Shown here piece by piece: positions 25,659 through 37,966 of a DNA stretch of 64,000 nt. Below the pieces are notes generated by a model, which was not told the origin of the DNA, searched no databases, and was given only the letters and a program-made list of their open reading frames with translations. The DNA comes from Oculina patagonica (lineage: Eukaryota): positions 496,001 to 560,000 of the forward strand of contig NC_135768.1 in assembly GCF_052425735.1 (NCBI RefSeq), written 5' to 3'. The position numbers were made by a program, and so were the translations under genes. Every line of letters starts with the position of its first letter. The first letter of the stretch is position 1.

Positions 25659-26783
25659 ATGGCTTCAAATTCTTCATCTAACGAAACTGAAACAGGTTGT
25701 ACAAGCTATGTTTTACAAGATGTTTCTCGCGGATATTTTCCACCCGATTTCTCTGGTTTTCTTATCACAGCAGCTGTCCTCGACTTTGTCGCTAGTCTTG
25801 TCAACATTTTTTTAAACGCGATGGTCATGGTGGCTGTAAAAACCAAACGACGACTTCAAACACACCCAAATGTTCTGCTGGCCTGTTTAGCTCTTACCGA
25901 TCTGATGGTTGGTCTTGTTGTTCAACCGCTTCACTTTACCATGACTATTTTCCTTTTACAAGGGAAAAGATACGAAGAATTTTGTGAACTGAATTTGGCA
26001 TTCATCATTTCCACTGCTGTTTGTTGCGTCGCCTCGCTGTATCATTTGACTTTAGTTAGTGCGGAGCGCTATTTGGCCCTCAAACACTCCTTTACTCACA
26101 GTACCGTTGTCACTAAATCCCGTCTCATGGTTTCCTGCGCTGTGGCTTGGATTGCAGCCGTCCTGCCCCTCAGCTTCCAACTTACGCCTGAAATTATCAC
26201 TTTGATATATGCCCTTGTGGCAGCAAGCATCTCCTCGATCGTGCGGTTTCAAGTTGTCGTTTATCTGGAAGCCCGTCGACATGAAAAAGCAATTCTTTCT
26301 CAGCAAGTTTCTACGGAGGCCAGAGAGAAATTTATGAAGAAGAAGAAAGCCTTGAAATTAACGACTATAATATTAGCAGCACTTTTTCTTTCCTATTGCA
26401 CGTCTTTCATCAGTAGAGTTGTTTTGCAGTTTATTGTTGTAGGGACCCCAACTGATATTAAAACTGTAGCTCGATTCCTAATAGTTTTACCGCTTGCGTT
26501 TAATTCAGTTGTCAATCCAGTGATTTATGTAGTAAGAAATAAAGAGTTTCGAGTTGCGTTTGTTGAATTGCTGCTAAGAAAAAGTTCTCAAGAAGCTAAA
26601 GTAGTTGAAGAGAGACTGTTTGGATCACGGGACAATGCAGTGAATCGTAATACGAGACGAGAAGAGAGGGAACAGAATGCTGAGGGAAGGAATGGTGACG
26701 GAGTCCAAGTATACGACAAGCAAGAAGACAATAACGGAGTTTTCGTTTCTGGTGCTAATGGCAATGGCGACACTGAACACTAA
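25659..26783 (+). CDS. Intronless class A (rhodopsin-like) GPCR, cnidarian orphan type
   Basis: N-glycosylated N-terminus, 7 hydrophobic segments, LALTD (TM2), ERY (TM3), NSVVNPVIY (TM7), EFRVAF helix 8. Confidence 0.92.
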   Translation: MASNSSSNETETGCTSYVLQDVSRGYFPPDFSGFLITAAVLDFVASLVNIFLNAMVMVAVKTKRRLQTHPNVLLACLALTDLMVGLVVQPLHFTMTIFLLQGKRYEEFCELNLAFIISTAVCCVASLYHLTLVSAERYLALKHSFTHSTVVTKSRLMVSCAVAWIAAVLPLSFQLTPEIITLIYALVAASISSIVRFQVVVYLEARRHEKAILSQQVSTEAREKFMKKKKALKLTTIILAALFLSYCTSFISRVVLQFIVVGTPTDIKTVARFLIVLPLAFNSVVNPVIYVVRNKEFRVAFVELLLRKSSQEAKVVEERLFGSRDNAVNRNTRREEREQNAEGRNGDGVQVYDKQEDNNGVFVSGANGNGDTEH

Positions 26784-27732
26784 CACTTCTGTGGTATAGA
26801 AGGAGAGCTTATACTCAGATGCAATTAACACTCAGGACATGCACTGAAAAAAAATAATCAGGATAAAACAGAGGACGAATAGCTGGAATCGAGTAGTGCC
26901 AAGTCACCTGAAATGTACTAAGTTATACACATAATCTTATTCTGCTCAGTAGGCAGAAAGGAAACTAAATAAAACACGTATTAACCTCAATTCTCCATTT
27001 ATGCATTAGTATAATTATCGCCTCGGAACCATTCATATATCTTTTACTGATGACAAATAACATTTTCGGCCTGTGCTGTAAGAACCACCAAAAAACTTTT
27101 TCCCCTCTGTGCGTATAACAAGCATATGGCCGCCTCAAATCATCCTCGACTGCCAGCTTAAAAGGTCAATCTGTTAAAATATTACTTTTTTCACAGCTGG
27201 CAAAAAAAGCAATGCATCGAACGCTAAAAACTATCAGTTATTTCTTGAAATTTGTCAAAAAGAAAAGTTAAAATTGTTAATGCAGAGTTTATAATGAGTC
27301 GGCTAAATTGACTTTAATCTTTGTTGTATTAGCTTAACTTAATCCTGCTATAACTAGCTATTGCCCATTTAATGCGTTTCGGCAGGTTTCGGTCAATTGG
27401 CGCTTTCTAGATCAGAAAAAAGATGAAATGAACAGGTGTTTGAACTAAATAGGACAAAGATCAAGATCCATTACTTGCCGAAGCTTCGGCCATGCAAATA
27501 GTTGATCTGCGATACACCGACAAATCACGATATTGTGCGATAACCGGAGTTCTTTAATTGTTTTATCATTTAATACATGTTTCAATACTGAGTTTGGCTT
27601 TGGTGTAGCAGAAATTTCAACTCCTTTACTAACCCCTTAACGAAATCTTTTGGAAAACAAAGTACCATTTATCACAGAGGTAGGCACAGGTACGCATGAG
27701 CAGACTTTTAATTGCAGGAAAAGCACTGTCAG

Positions 27733-28060
27733 ACCGGACCAACACTCACCAACACCCAGGGTCTAACAAATAACTGAGGGGAATATGCTGCCTTTGCAAT
27801 GACGCCTGCGAATGGTTAGATATTCTAGTCTACTCGGATAAGGACGATAAACCGTAAGTCCTGTCTTCTGCATCTTCAGTGTTATGGTTAGCAGGGGACG
27901 TAAAAGAACCCACACACTTATCGTAAAGAGTAGGGCATGGAGTTCCCCGGTGTTGTGGTCTGGTCTTTGCCCATCGTGCTGTGTACTGTTGAAATGCTCG
28001 GAGATATTAGCTGTACAAGCTACTCTGAAATCCGAGGGTAAATATACATGATGTGTTGTG
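27733..28060 (+). mobile_element. 5'-truncated SINE with Deu/Nin-like central domain
   Basis: GTAAAAGAACCCACACACTTATCGTAAAGAGTAGGG..TCCCCGGTG resembles the Deu/Nin-SINE core (recalled consensus). Confidence 0.6.
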
Positions 28061-31000
28061 CACATGAGTAGACCATTATTTGTAGGCAGTTATTTGCAGA
28101 TCACGTGGTGGGCTCTCGGCCAATAAAAAGGAAGAAAAATCCATCGAATGATAATTCTAATTTGTAGAGTGAGCCAAATTTACATTCATTCAATCCTATC
28201 TTTTTCGGTCTTAATGTATAATGGCGACAATAATTCAGAAAACCTATTTTAAAATTCAAACCAGACAACTTATGATTACCTGCACATGTGCGTTGCAAAA
28301 CTTTCCGTTGCGTGAAATTTAAAATTCCGCGTCGTTGGAAAATATCGCGTCCAAACGAACTTGTAGTCTAACTTCTTCATGTCACTGACTCTGTGGATAT
28401 GACCAGCTCCTTAACACCCGCAGTGGGAAGTAACTCTACGAAAAAATAAATAAAATACAACTTTTCGGTCAATGCTGTAAAAAAAAGTCGTATCCCATTT
28501 AAATGAACAGTCCGTGAGATAGACAGAGTTAACAATAGCTATTGAACCAATCAACGCTCGAAGGTTTGGTCACATGACGATTTGGAGAAAAAAAACCAAA
28601 AGGGCGTGCGGACCAAACACGTTTTTATGGATTACTTAATGAAGGTAAATTAAGTATTTATTATTCAGCATAAAAAAATGAGGTGAAAGGAAAAAATATA
28701 GTTGAGTTAGCGTGACTGAAAACCTTATCGGGAGGAAAGAGGGTTGAGGGAAGGCAAGTTAATCGTCCTGTTCTGTCACCACGCTCACGCTCTGACCCTT
28801 TGGTGTCGGTATTAAAAAGGTTCCATTGTATATTATTTATAGACAGAAGTCATCAATTCTCAAAATGAATACAAAGAGAAAAATACAGACATGAATAAGG
28901 AGAATTGAAATGTTGGATGTAAAGGCCATTCTCGTCCCCAGCGTTTTTTCCGCCCTCGCCGGCGAAGCCTGTGCACGTGAAACAAGTGGCTATGGGGTCA
29001 CGTGAATTTGATTGGCTAATACAGTAAAACAGTCAGACGTTTCGGTGATAGCCCCCCCCTCGGCCCCTTCATCGGTGTTTTTTGATAACTCAAGCTCGAG
29101 CTCCATAAACTCAAGCGTTTTCTTCGAGACATCAAAAAAACACTGTTGAAGGGTTTCCCACGAAACGTCTGACTTTTTTACAGTATTCTAAGGGGCCCAA
29201 ATATACCTGTCACTATTTTCATTAATTAAAAGCATGCCTGGCAATAATTCAGATTGATAAATATCAGATAGCGACAATAGGTCATGCTCTGTACGTGCTC
29301 TTTTTAAACGTACAATGACAAACGAAACACAAGAAGTTTATAAAACAGTTCAAATTCAATTAGTTCTATTCAGTAATTAAAACTTATCAAGGGTGTAAGT
29401 GTAACTGCATACCGGCACGTTTTTCCGTGAGCGTAAACATTTTGTTTGGCAATAAGTGAGTTTGGTTGGGGTTTTGTAGTAAATGTATGTGTTTACAAAC
29501 GGTTTAGCGAGATTAACACAGCTTTTGAAAGTATTCCAAATATTTAACACTTTATTTAAAAATAAATAGTTCCGTTTGGCCTAAACTCATGTAACGAAAA
29601 GCTCTTTAACAAGGCGTGAGCAATTTTCTTAAAGAATGTTTCAACATGACGGCTGTTCTTAATTTTGTTATCTAAAACGTTCTTGAAGGTATTGCTCAAT
29701 TGATGAATTAGCCTGTTATTGTAGATAATGGTTATAAGCTCGCTGCAACATTGTTTCCAGGTCAAATTGAAGAGATTTACTCAGCTTACAACATTTTCCA
29801 ATATTTTGTTTAAGTTACAGTCAGTAACTGAAGATGTCCTTTGTTAGCACAACACTTCAACTTCTCAAAAACGCAGCAATTACGTTTATTTTGCATTTAC
29901 CTTTCCATTTACTAATCCGCAATTGGAGGTAATCCTTCTTAGTATGCAGCGAATAAATCGTTTATCTTAACTTACATTGCTGATTTTATCGGCTTCAGAT
30001 AACTCAAACGGAAGGATAAACGGCTTATAAGCTTTGCCCGTTTAAGCCTCGATCAACACAAAAACAAAACGTTCCTTGTACCTCCACATACAAAACCACA
30101 TACAAATCTTTTTTTTATCAGAAGCAAACTCGACTGATTTTCAAACTGAAATTTCATGAGTTTTAACTGCACAAGCTAACAGACAAGATAACAGACAAGA
30201 TACACTTAACTTTTAGTGCCGTTTTCGCTGAAATAATTTGTCGTGTTTAAACCAAATACTTTTGTCAACACCTGGTTAACTTCCCAAGAATGCAAACTTA
30301 ATCTTTTAATAATGCTAGAAAATAATTCTTTTGTAAAATATTTGCCAAGGGTAACAAAACACGCGAAATATACTTCATGGTCAGCATTTCCCCGCCTTGC
30401 TAAACCGCTTAGTACGAATGTTATCTGTGGTTAAATGTTACACAATATTCAATAATCAAGTTCGGAAAATTTTAGGAGAATTTGTTTTTAGTGTTTTTTT
30501 TTTTGTTAAGAATACTCAAAATTGTAATTTTTAAAAAAAAAAAAAAACCAAGGAAAAAAAAAAAAAAAAAAAATGGTAAAAAGGAAAAAAAAAAAAAAAA
30601 AAAAAATTTATTGAACGGGTCATCAGAGCTTGAAATATATTTAGGATAAAGTCGAAAATCATAGCAGTTTTCTCAGAAATCTTCGTAAGTCTTCGGCAGT
30701 CCGGAAGTAAGTAGATAAGTTTTAAGAATGGGATATTAATTGTTTGAATGACTTTAAGATAATCTTCAGAATTTTTTGGAAATAGCTTTTGTAAGTTAAA
30801 TGGATATGCGCAAAAGAATTTCCTATCTCGGAAAGCAAGATTCGAAAATTTTGATTCGAAATAGGGTCACTACAAAAAGGGGCAAATAAAAGACAAAAAA
30901 GTATACGTCAAATTATATTAAAAAGGCTTTATTTTTCCTTATAACTATTACAGTTCTTTCTATATGATCCCAAATGCAAGTACGTTAAGTTCTAACAATT

Positions 31001-31176
31001 TTAAACACCTGTCTTCTATATACAACCAAACATTTCTTTACATTACAAAGTCTTTGACTAAAAAAATAACACGAACAAATATTCATACTTTTAAATACTA
31101 TTGATCTTTTGAACAAAAAGTGTTTATTTACTAACTGCTACTGTACCTAAAATTTCGTAAGAACAACTGCTGAGTT

Positions 31177-31870
31177 GTGTTCTATCGGGACTGTCAGCCA
31201 GTTCAACTTGAATCAATCTTGGTTGTTTTTCAGAAAACTGTCAACAGAACACTGTCCCGGCCGTTTTCGCAGTACCTGTTAGAGTGTTTTTTATTGAGGC
31301 CAGTCAAAGATTGAGCTGGTTGAGTTTACAGGTAATTTTTCGTTTAGCCGTTGTTCTATTTAACATTATATAATAACCTGAATTCTACGCGCTTTTTTTT
31401 GTTCTTACTTATGATCTATTAGAGTACAGACGATATATAGTCACGCGGTGGTGTGCCGCGCGCGTATAGATTATATCAAATATTTTTATTTATAAAAAAA
31501 ATTTTTTTGGTTTTATATTCAAAAAAAATAAAAAAAACCCCCCCCCGCGGGGGGCGGGCTTTTTTTTTTTCATTTTTTAAAAAAAACAAAGAAAAAAAAA
31601 AATAAAAAGAAAAAACGTTTTTGGTTGGTTTGGTTGAAAGGATTGCTCGAGATTACCAGCCCTTTGAACTGAAAAAAAAAAAAAGAAAGAAAGTTAACTG
31701 CTTTTTTAACACTAACTAAAAGATCATCTGCATAAGCTCGAAGCCGTGTGAGAAAACTGATCAACCAATAAAAACGATCAAGAGTCAATTTTGTCAGTAC
31801 TAAAAGAAAAAACAATACAAAAAGAAACAAAACAACAACCAAGCTGAAATGGCTGGTCCCGATAGAACAC
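31177..31870. mobile_element. Inverted-repeat-bounded element (MITE-like) with a low-quality interior
   Basis: GTGTTCTATCGGGAC..CAGCCA / TGGCTGGTCCCGATAGAACAC. Confidence 0.55.
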
Positions 31871-32626
31871 GACCGGCTTAAGATTCTCTAGATCATTGCT
31901 TGTAGCATTCTTATTTTGAATTTTTACCCTAACTTTACCCGAGCACGTTCAATAAAACTGAACAATCTAGCTGCTCATCCTAAACGAAATTTAAGAGCAT
32001 TTATTTTTATACTAACTGTAGGACTTGAAACCACTTCTAGGATTATTTTAACCTTAATCTCCAGCGGTGTAGCCGCTATTTTATCTTTTTCATGATACTT
32101 TCTAAAAAAAATAATACGAGAGCACGCTTAGTCAATCAAAATCATTTCTACTATTCCTCCGTCTAATAAGGGATAAAAAGAAAATAAATCTTTTTTAATT
32201 ACTGCCGGCAAATACTCTAGTGGCAGCATTGCATTGTGTATTTGCTCCTGGCACGCGTATGAAAAGTATAAAAACGCTGCCAAATACTTAGCGCTTACCG
32301 ATAAATTAGAAAGCTTCAAAAATCTCTACCTTTTCCTGCTACACGCACTAAACCTTGAGTAAGCTGAAACTCCATTTTCAACAATTGATCAAATAGCGAA
32401 AAGAGGGATAGTCCGCGAGTTTTTTCTTTTTCTATAAAAATTGCTGGATACTTTGGCCCCTTTACTGCCATAAAAGCCTCTCAAGTTAAAACTGAAAAAA
32501 TAAAATGAGTTCGCAAAATACTGAAAACAAGAACAAGCGCGGCATGAAAGTACTGCTGAATAGCTTCTATTTTAATGGTCACACACCAGGGTTTCTTCCA
32601 CAGATTTTGAAATTATAAACACACTA

Positions 32627-32786
32627 CAGTAAAATCCCGATTTCCCAAACCTTCGATTTCTCGAGATCCCCGATTTCTGGAACCAATTTTCGTTTCCCTT
32701 GGATTGTTGTTCTCTGTAATTTTACCCCTGATTTCTCGAAACAATTTTCGCTTTCCCTGGAAGTTCGAGAAATCAGGATTCTAATG
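32627..32786. mobile_element. TA-target MITE about 65 bp after the Wnt1 stop codon
   Basis: Same TIR family as 14811 and 15339. Confidence 0.8.
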
Positions 32787-32851
32787 TAATTAACTCGAGG
32801 TTTAGTGGTGGGAGTGAGAGGTTTAATATCTTGATATTAAATTTTCTAGCA

Positions 32852-33346
32852 TTAGTTGCACCTATGAACCACGTGCCTCGATCGACAATTCTGACATTTT
32901 ACCTTACAGCACCAAAAGAACCGACAATTACAAAGTTCTTCCACATCACTTTCACTCGTTGTGAAACCTCTCCCGCAGCACATTAAATCACACCCATCCG
33001 TCCCGAGGGACGTGTTATTGCACAGACGTCCCTGTGTCCCGAGGGATCCAGTATCGGGATCTCGCTTACAAAAATTGGGCGAATCTTCGTAGTAAACCAA
33101 GTCTGACTGTGTAGGGGGCTTGTGCATTGTATTTTTGGGACGAAACGCTGGTTTTCCTTTCCTTGTATTATGACCATTTCGATTACTGTTCTGTTCAAAT
33201 TCCACCATGGAAGCGCTGTCAAATTTATCTTTAAGCACCTCACCAATTTTTCTGAAGTCAGCCAGTCGTTTCCAACAGGTACGAACAGTGCAAGCTTCCG
33301 ACACTCCATGACATTTACACTCTCTCACCACGTTTTCTCTTACAGC
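32852..33346 (-). CDS. Wnt1: Wnt1 exon 4 (spliced CDS 1095 nt, 364 aa)
   Basis: Acceptor ttttaag; ECKCHGVSEACTVRTCWKRLADFRKIG, LKDKFDSAS, HKPPTQSDLVYYEDSPNFC, CNNTSLGTDGCDLMCCGRG. HKPP..DLVY and CTVRTCW are Wnt1/wg hallmarks. Confidence 0.92.
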   Translation of the reverse strand, partial: AVRENVVRECKCHGVSEACTVRTCWKRLADFRKIGEVLKDKFDSASMVEFEQNSNRNGHNTRKGKPAFRPKNTMHKPPTQSDLVYYEDSPNFCKRDPDTGSLGTQGRLCNNTSLGTDGCDLMCCGRGFTTSESDVEELCNCRFFWCCKVKCQNCRSRHVVHRCN

Positions 33347-33504
33347 CTTAAAAAGAGAAGATAGCACGCTGTCAGATCTTGTAAAAAAGTGAAAACAAAA
33401 CAACTTGTACATGTTGCTTTATAGTGGTCATGCACTTAGCTTCGAGATAGCTACGTTTTACAGGCATGCCACTGAAACAGAGAACATAAATATTTTAGAT
33501 AACA

Positions 33505-33691
33505 ATACCCGGTTAACAATCCCAACTGGCTGGAGGTTAGACAGACCAGTTGGCTATATCCAAAGCGTGACCGAGGATTTAACTCGGGACGACCGAGAAC
33601 AAATCAAGCTAGTGGTTGGATGGAGGGATTGAGCCCGGGACCTCCGGATTACAACCCCAGCGCCCTAAATCACTCGGCTACGCTGCCTCCT
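33505..33691 (-). mobile_element. tRNA-derived SINE in Wnt1 intron 3
   Basis: Head GGAGGCAGCGTAGCCGAGTGATTTAGGGCGCTGG..GGTCCCGGGCTCAATCCC with degenerate A and B boxes. Confidence 0.7.
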
Positions 33692-35361
33692 TGCGCGGAA
33701 GATAATTAAAAACAATGGTAATTGCAAACGACAACGAGTACAGGTACGGTAACAAGCAAGGGAACATGGTTATTTCACGACGCAAAACAGTCGTTTTTTC
33801 TTATTTTTTTAAGGGTTTTAGTAAAAAAAGTTTGTCGGATGTTCCTCGGGTGAACAAACGAGCGGGAAACAGCAAATAGTTTTGCTACCTTGTTGCGCAA
33901 ACCGAAAAAACATTTCACAGGAAACTAAAAGATGCAACAAATACGCGATATTATAAACATCAACTAACCCTTAATTAATTAACCCCACAGTCAACGTATA
34001 AACTCCGTTTACAGGTTTTTTTTCTGGAATACTGGTCTCTAAAAAGTTACATAGTAACAGTTGGAAGAATTTTCAATTTTGTGGCAGAACTCTTCGGACT
34101 AAACTTTATGATTCTATTTTGCCAAAGTGGTTAGTTCAGGGCACAGTTCGTTTCTGAAGATAAAAACGAAGTTGTAAGAGGTCTAGGAAAGGGACGTGAA
34201 ATGATTAAAAGAGGCCGGCACACGATTCAGTCGGTCAGTTTCAATCCAGTGCCGTTTCGCTATTATTATTATAACTGGGCGGTTTGTGTGTATTACGTAA
34301 AAAGGACTCGGAAGCTCTGATAATAATGCCGGGCGGCAAATTGAGGTCAGACATTCGTCGGCGGCTCGTACAGAAATTGTTACGGTAAAAGTGGAATTCA
34401 TTTATTGTGTTCCAACGGTATGGAAATTTTAGTAGTAAGCCAATCTATGGCACAACCAGACATATTTCTCTTCAAAACATTTCAGCAGACACCGTGGGAA
34501 ACAGATCAAAACGGTGTCGCCCACAATAAACGCAAATTAATCGCCGGCGAAAAGCCGCAATTCTGAAATAATAGATAATAACTTTACGTGCGGGTTTCCA
34601 GCAATTAGTCTAACGTTGTTTCGTGGGAAACCGCGATAAAGAAGTTTACCACAGACTTTCTCATTACAATAATTCTCCCCCAGAATAAAACGATTTCGAC
34701 AAAGGCTTGCCGCTAACGAAGGAACGTGCTAGCTGAAACACAAAGAACTGACAAACCTCGCGTATAACGTTTCGGTTCTAGTTTAAAATACTAATTCTCT
34801 TACTAAGTGCTTGCAATACCGTTCGTTTACCTAAGTTCGGAGAATTTGGCGGCACATCAGGCTAATATCCCTTAGTACTAGTTGATGATTTGATTCACTC
34901 TAATCACCTGTTTGCTAAGCTTGATGATGTTTTGATAGGGAGAAAAAGGTACATGGTCAATCCGTGTTCGGTGTCAGAATTTTCTCTCAGTCCACGATGA
35001 AATTTGTCCTACTCTGTGCACTTATTCCCCTGCGAAGCAGTACTTAAAAAAGACAGGATGCTTTTCAAAAAATACAAGTTAAAAAAAAAACACTGAGTAA
35101 ACGAGCTATTCAAAACTTCCTTTTACGTAAGCTGTACAAATACAGATGGCCTTAGCCTACCGCTTAGACCAACTTAAATTACTTTTTCTAATAAACGATC
35201 GGTCGGAAAGCATTTGTTCATAACCAAAAAGAGATTCACTCGTCGCCTGGGGCTACGGCTTTTCTTGCCGTTCATTGCGGCTTGTTTCGCGATTTTTTTC
35301 CTGGTAGTGTTCAATTAACTCAATATTTCACATTGACGCAAAAGAAGTAAAAATAACTCAC

Positions 35362-35627
35362 AGCTCTGCCTGCTTCGTTGTTGTGCAAATTCACTAAAGC
35401 CCGAAAGTCTCGGCCTTTTTCTCCTGCGTCAACAAACTTCCTTGAGAACTGATCGGCAAAATGGACGTTGTCGCTACAACCTCCCCATTGCCATCCTTCG
35501 TTGCTAACTCCTTTATATCTGCTGTCACATCCACAAGCCGTCAGCTTGCCTTCGCTACAAGCTCTAGCAATGGAGTGTGATACACCAGCCGCTGTAATTG
35601 AGTAGGCGAATGCTGTTTCCCTGCAAG
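35362..35627 (-). CDS. Wnt1: Wnt1 exon 3
   Basis: [57 protein letters not shown]; tttcag acceptor, GTGAG donor. Confidence 0.93.
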
Positions 35628-37544
35628 CTGAAACAGAAAAGTGCGCGTTAATACCTTGCACTGCATCTCCCCGGCGTATTACGCTCTTTCACTCTACGAG
35701 TGACAAAGTTCAAAGTTGAGACCGAAATCAAAAATTCTTTGACAAATACTAAAAAAAAACATTACTAGATGAAAGTGCTGTTCATTAGCTTTCATTTGAA
35801 TGGCCACACACCATGGTAAGATCCAAAGGCGCAGAAGTTAAAATCCTACTACATATAATCGACTTAAGGTTTGACCCGCTGTAGCGGAGTGAAAAGGTCA
35901 ATACGTGCACGAAATAGTCGGATTCAAGATTTTATTGCTCTCAACATCTCTCAATTACTTGTAATTGAAGCTCTACAAATGATTTTAGTGAAAGCAGCTC
36001 TAAGTTACAATCTTCACATGACGGAATGCTCACAGAATCATGCAGGACAAAGAGGGGTATATTCAATGACCATCGGTGAGGACAAATCTGCCGTCCTCTA
36101 AACATAGTCTCTAAAAAGAGTTTCTTCTCGTTAAAACAAATTAAAGGAACAATCTTTAGGGCTAGATTATCAATCAAATTGTGAGATACGCAAGCCGACG
36201 CGCACTGAGGGGACGAGACAGTGTCGGCTTCGACGAGAGTAGAAACGAGCTGAGTTAACGGAGGTGGAGTTTCGATCGTTGTTTGTTCAAGAACTTTGTC
36301 TCCTAGAGTTCAGTTTGAGCAACGCTAAGGGCTTAGCGCTTAGCCTTGTTAATTTAAGCAGAACAGAAACCTGGCAATTAAGTTTGCTATATGAATCCAA
36401 CGTTGAAAGTTTTAGTTGGTGACTCTTTACTCTTATATCAGTAGGACTAATGCGAGGAAAATTAAAGAAAAATGTTATTAAAAATAGGTAGACTGATTGA
36501 TACTGGTTTGGAAAACTTTGGTAATATGTTACCTTAATAGATTTTAACCGCGTTATATCGCAGGTTATTCTTGATTGACTTAAGGTCAAGTTCCGATATA
36601 CATTTTTCTATTTATGTTGCACGTATCTTTTCAAGAACGGCCAGTTTCATAAAGAACCAAGTATTGTAGAGATTAGCGTTTACATGACGAAAATTTCGCA
36701 TATGCCAAATGTCCATAAATAAATCGCTGTATACTGAGTCATACAATAAGTATATTGCTGCCCGCTGCGTGGGTTGTACATGACATTGATATTTAACGAC
36801 CAGACTAAGTTGAATATCCGAGTAGTCTTGCCTTTTTTTCATTCCTTACGAGCGCAAGAAATTTGAGAAGTCAGCCATCTTTTGACTTATGTTGTCGAAA
36901 AAAGGCTTTCTTCGAGTGTAACAATTAAATGGAGTCGAAGTTTTTTTCCCTTCGTTTATTGAGATTTGACGTCTTCCTTTTTGAACGTTGAAACGCAATT
37001 TTACAATTAAAGGAGTCCCAGTTAATCAATTTAACAAAACCTACGACATTCAACGATTCTTCTGCAAACATTGTTGAAACAGACTGAGAAAGCTATGCAT
37101 TGTACTCAGACGTATGTATCTTTTTCAAGTGCTCAAGCTAACGTTAAAAATCGTTCTTTAAACAAGTGTCAACAAAATGCACGAACGAATTGCGGAAATA
37201 GCAGTTTATCGCGTAGAGAAACATATTAAACATTTGACAAGCGTTTTCCGCCATTTCAAACAAAGGTGAAGAAATAGTGTGAGTGATCTTCCTTAAATAC
37301 AGTAAAAATTTGAAAAAAATATAAATTGCCCCCAAAAAACACGAGATTTATACGATGAATGTGGACTAGGTTTGATTACCTTTTTGCTTTAATCAAAAGG
37401 AAACGCTTAACCAAAACAACTATTTAAGTACAGAACGAAATCGTGTATGACATCAAATGAATGGCGTATTTTGTGTCGTGAACGAGAAGGCCTTAATAAG
37501 AAAATATAGTAAAAATCACGAAAAGAACGCGAAAATTAACTCAC

Positions 37545-37792
37545 CTATTTTTACAATTTTCCCAAAAACATTTTCAGGACTATGAGCGGAACAATTCCAT
37601 TTTCGATTTTTGAACTGGTATTGACACTGACTGATAGAGAACTTTGCGCCGAGTCCAATGTAAGGAACCAGTTCGGGGTATTTCCGACACAAGCGTTGCT
37701 GCTTTGGTGTGACAGGTTTCACTCCGTTAGCGGGAGAAAGTTGGAAATTATAGTTGTCTTGAGGCTTCGATGAACCATCTACGCCGAGGTTC
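37545..37792 (-). CDS. Wnt1: Wnt1 exon 2
   Basis: KQQRLCRKYP..QCQYQFKNRKWNCS..VFGKIV; ctttag acceptor, GTGAG donor. Confidence 0.9.
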
Positions 37793-37880
37793 CTAAAGAG
37801 AAGGGAAGCAAAATGGGGTTAGTTTACGTTGTTTAACGTTGTGACAACATCATAATCAGGAAGTGTAATTAAAGACTTAC

Positions 37881-37966
37881 CACCAAGAGCCATTTGCTTC
37901 AGCGAGTACATTAAGACTTGTTAAACCAAACAGTACGATCATGTAAAAAGCTTTGAACACGTTCAT
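37881..37966 (-). CDS. Wnt1: Wnt1 exon 1 (signal peptide MNVFKAFYMIVLFGLTSLNVLAEANGSWW)
   Basis: ATG at 37966, hydrophobic leader, WW split by a phase-2 GTAAGT intron. Confidence 0.85.

Noticed and set aside
30490-31700. Poly-A/T-rich tracts and a Phe-rich 90-aa ORF
   Set aside because: Look like low-quality or gap-filled sequence; likewise the poly-G run at 41020-41075
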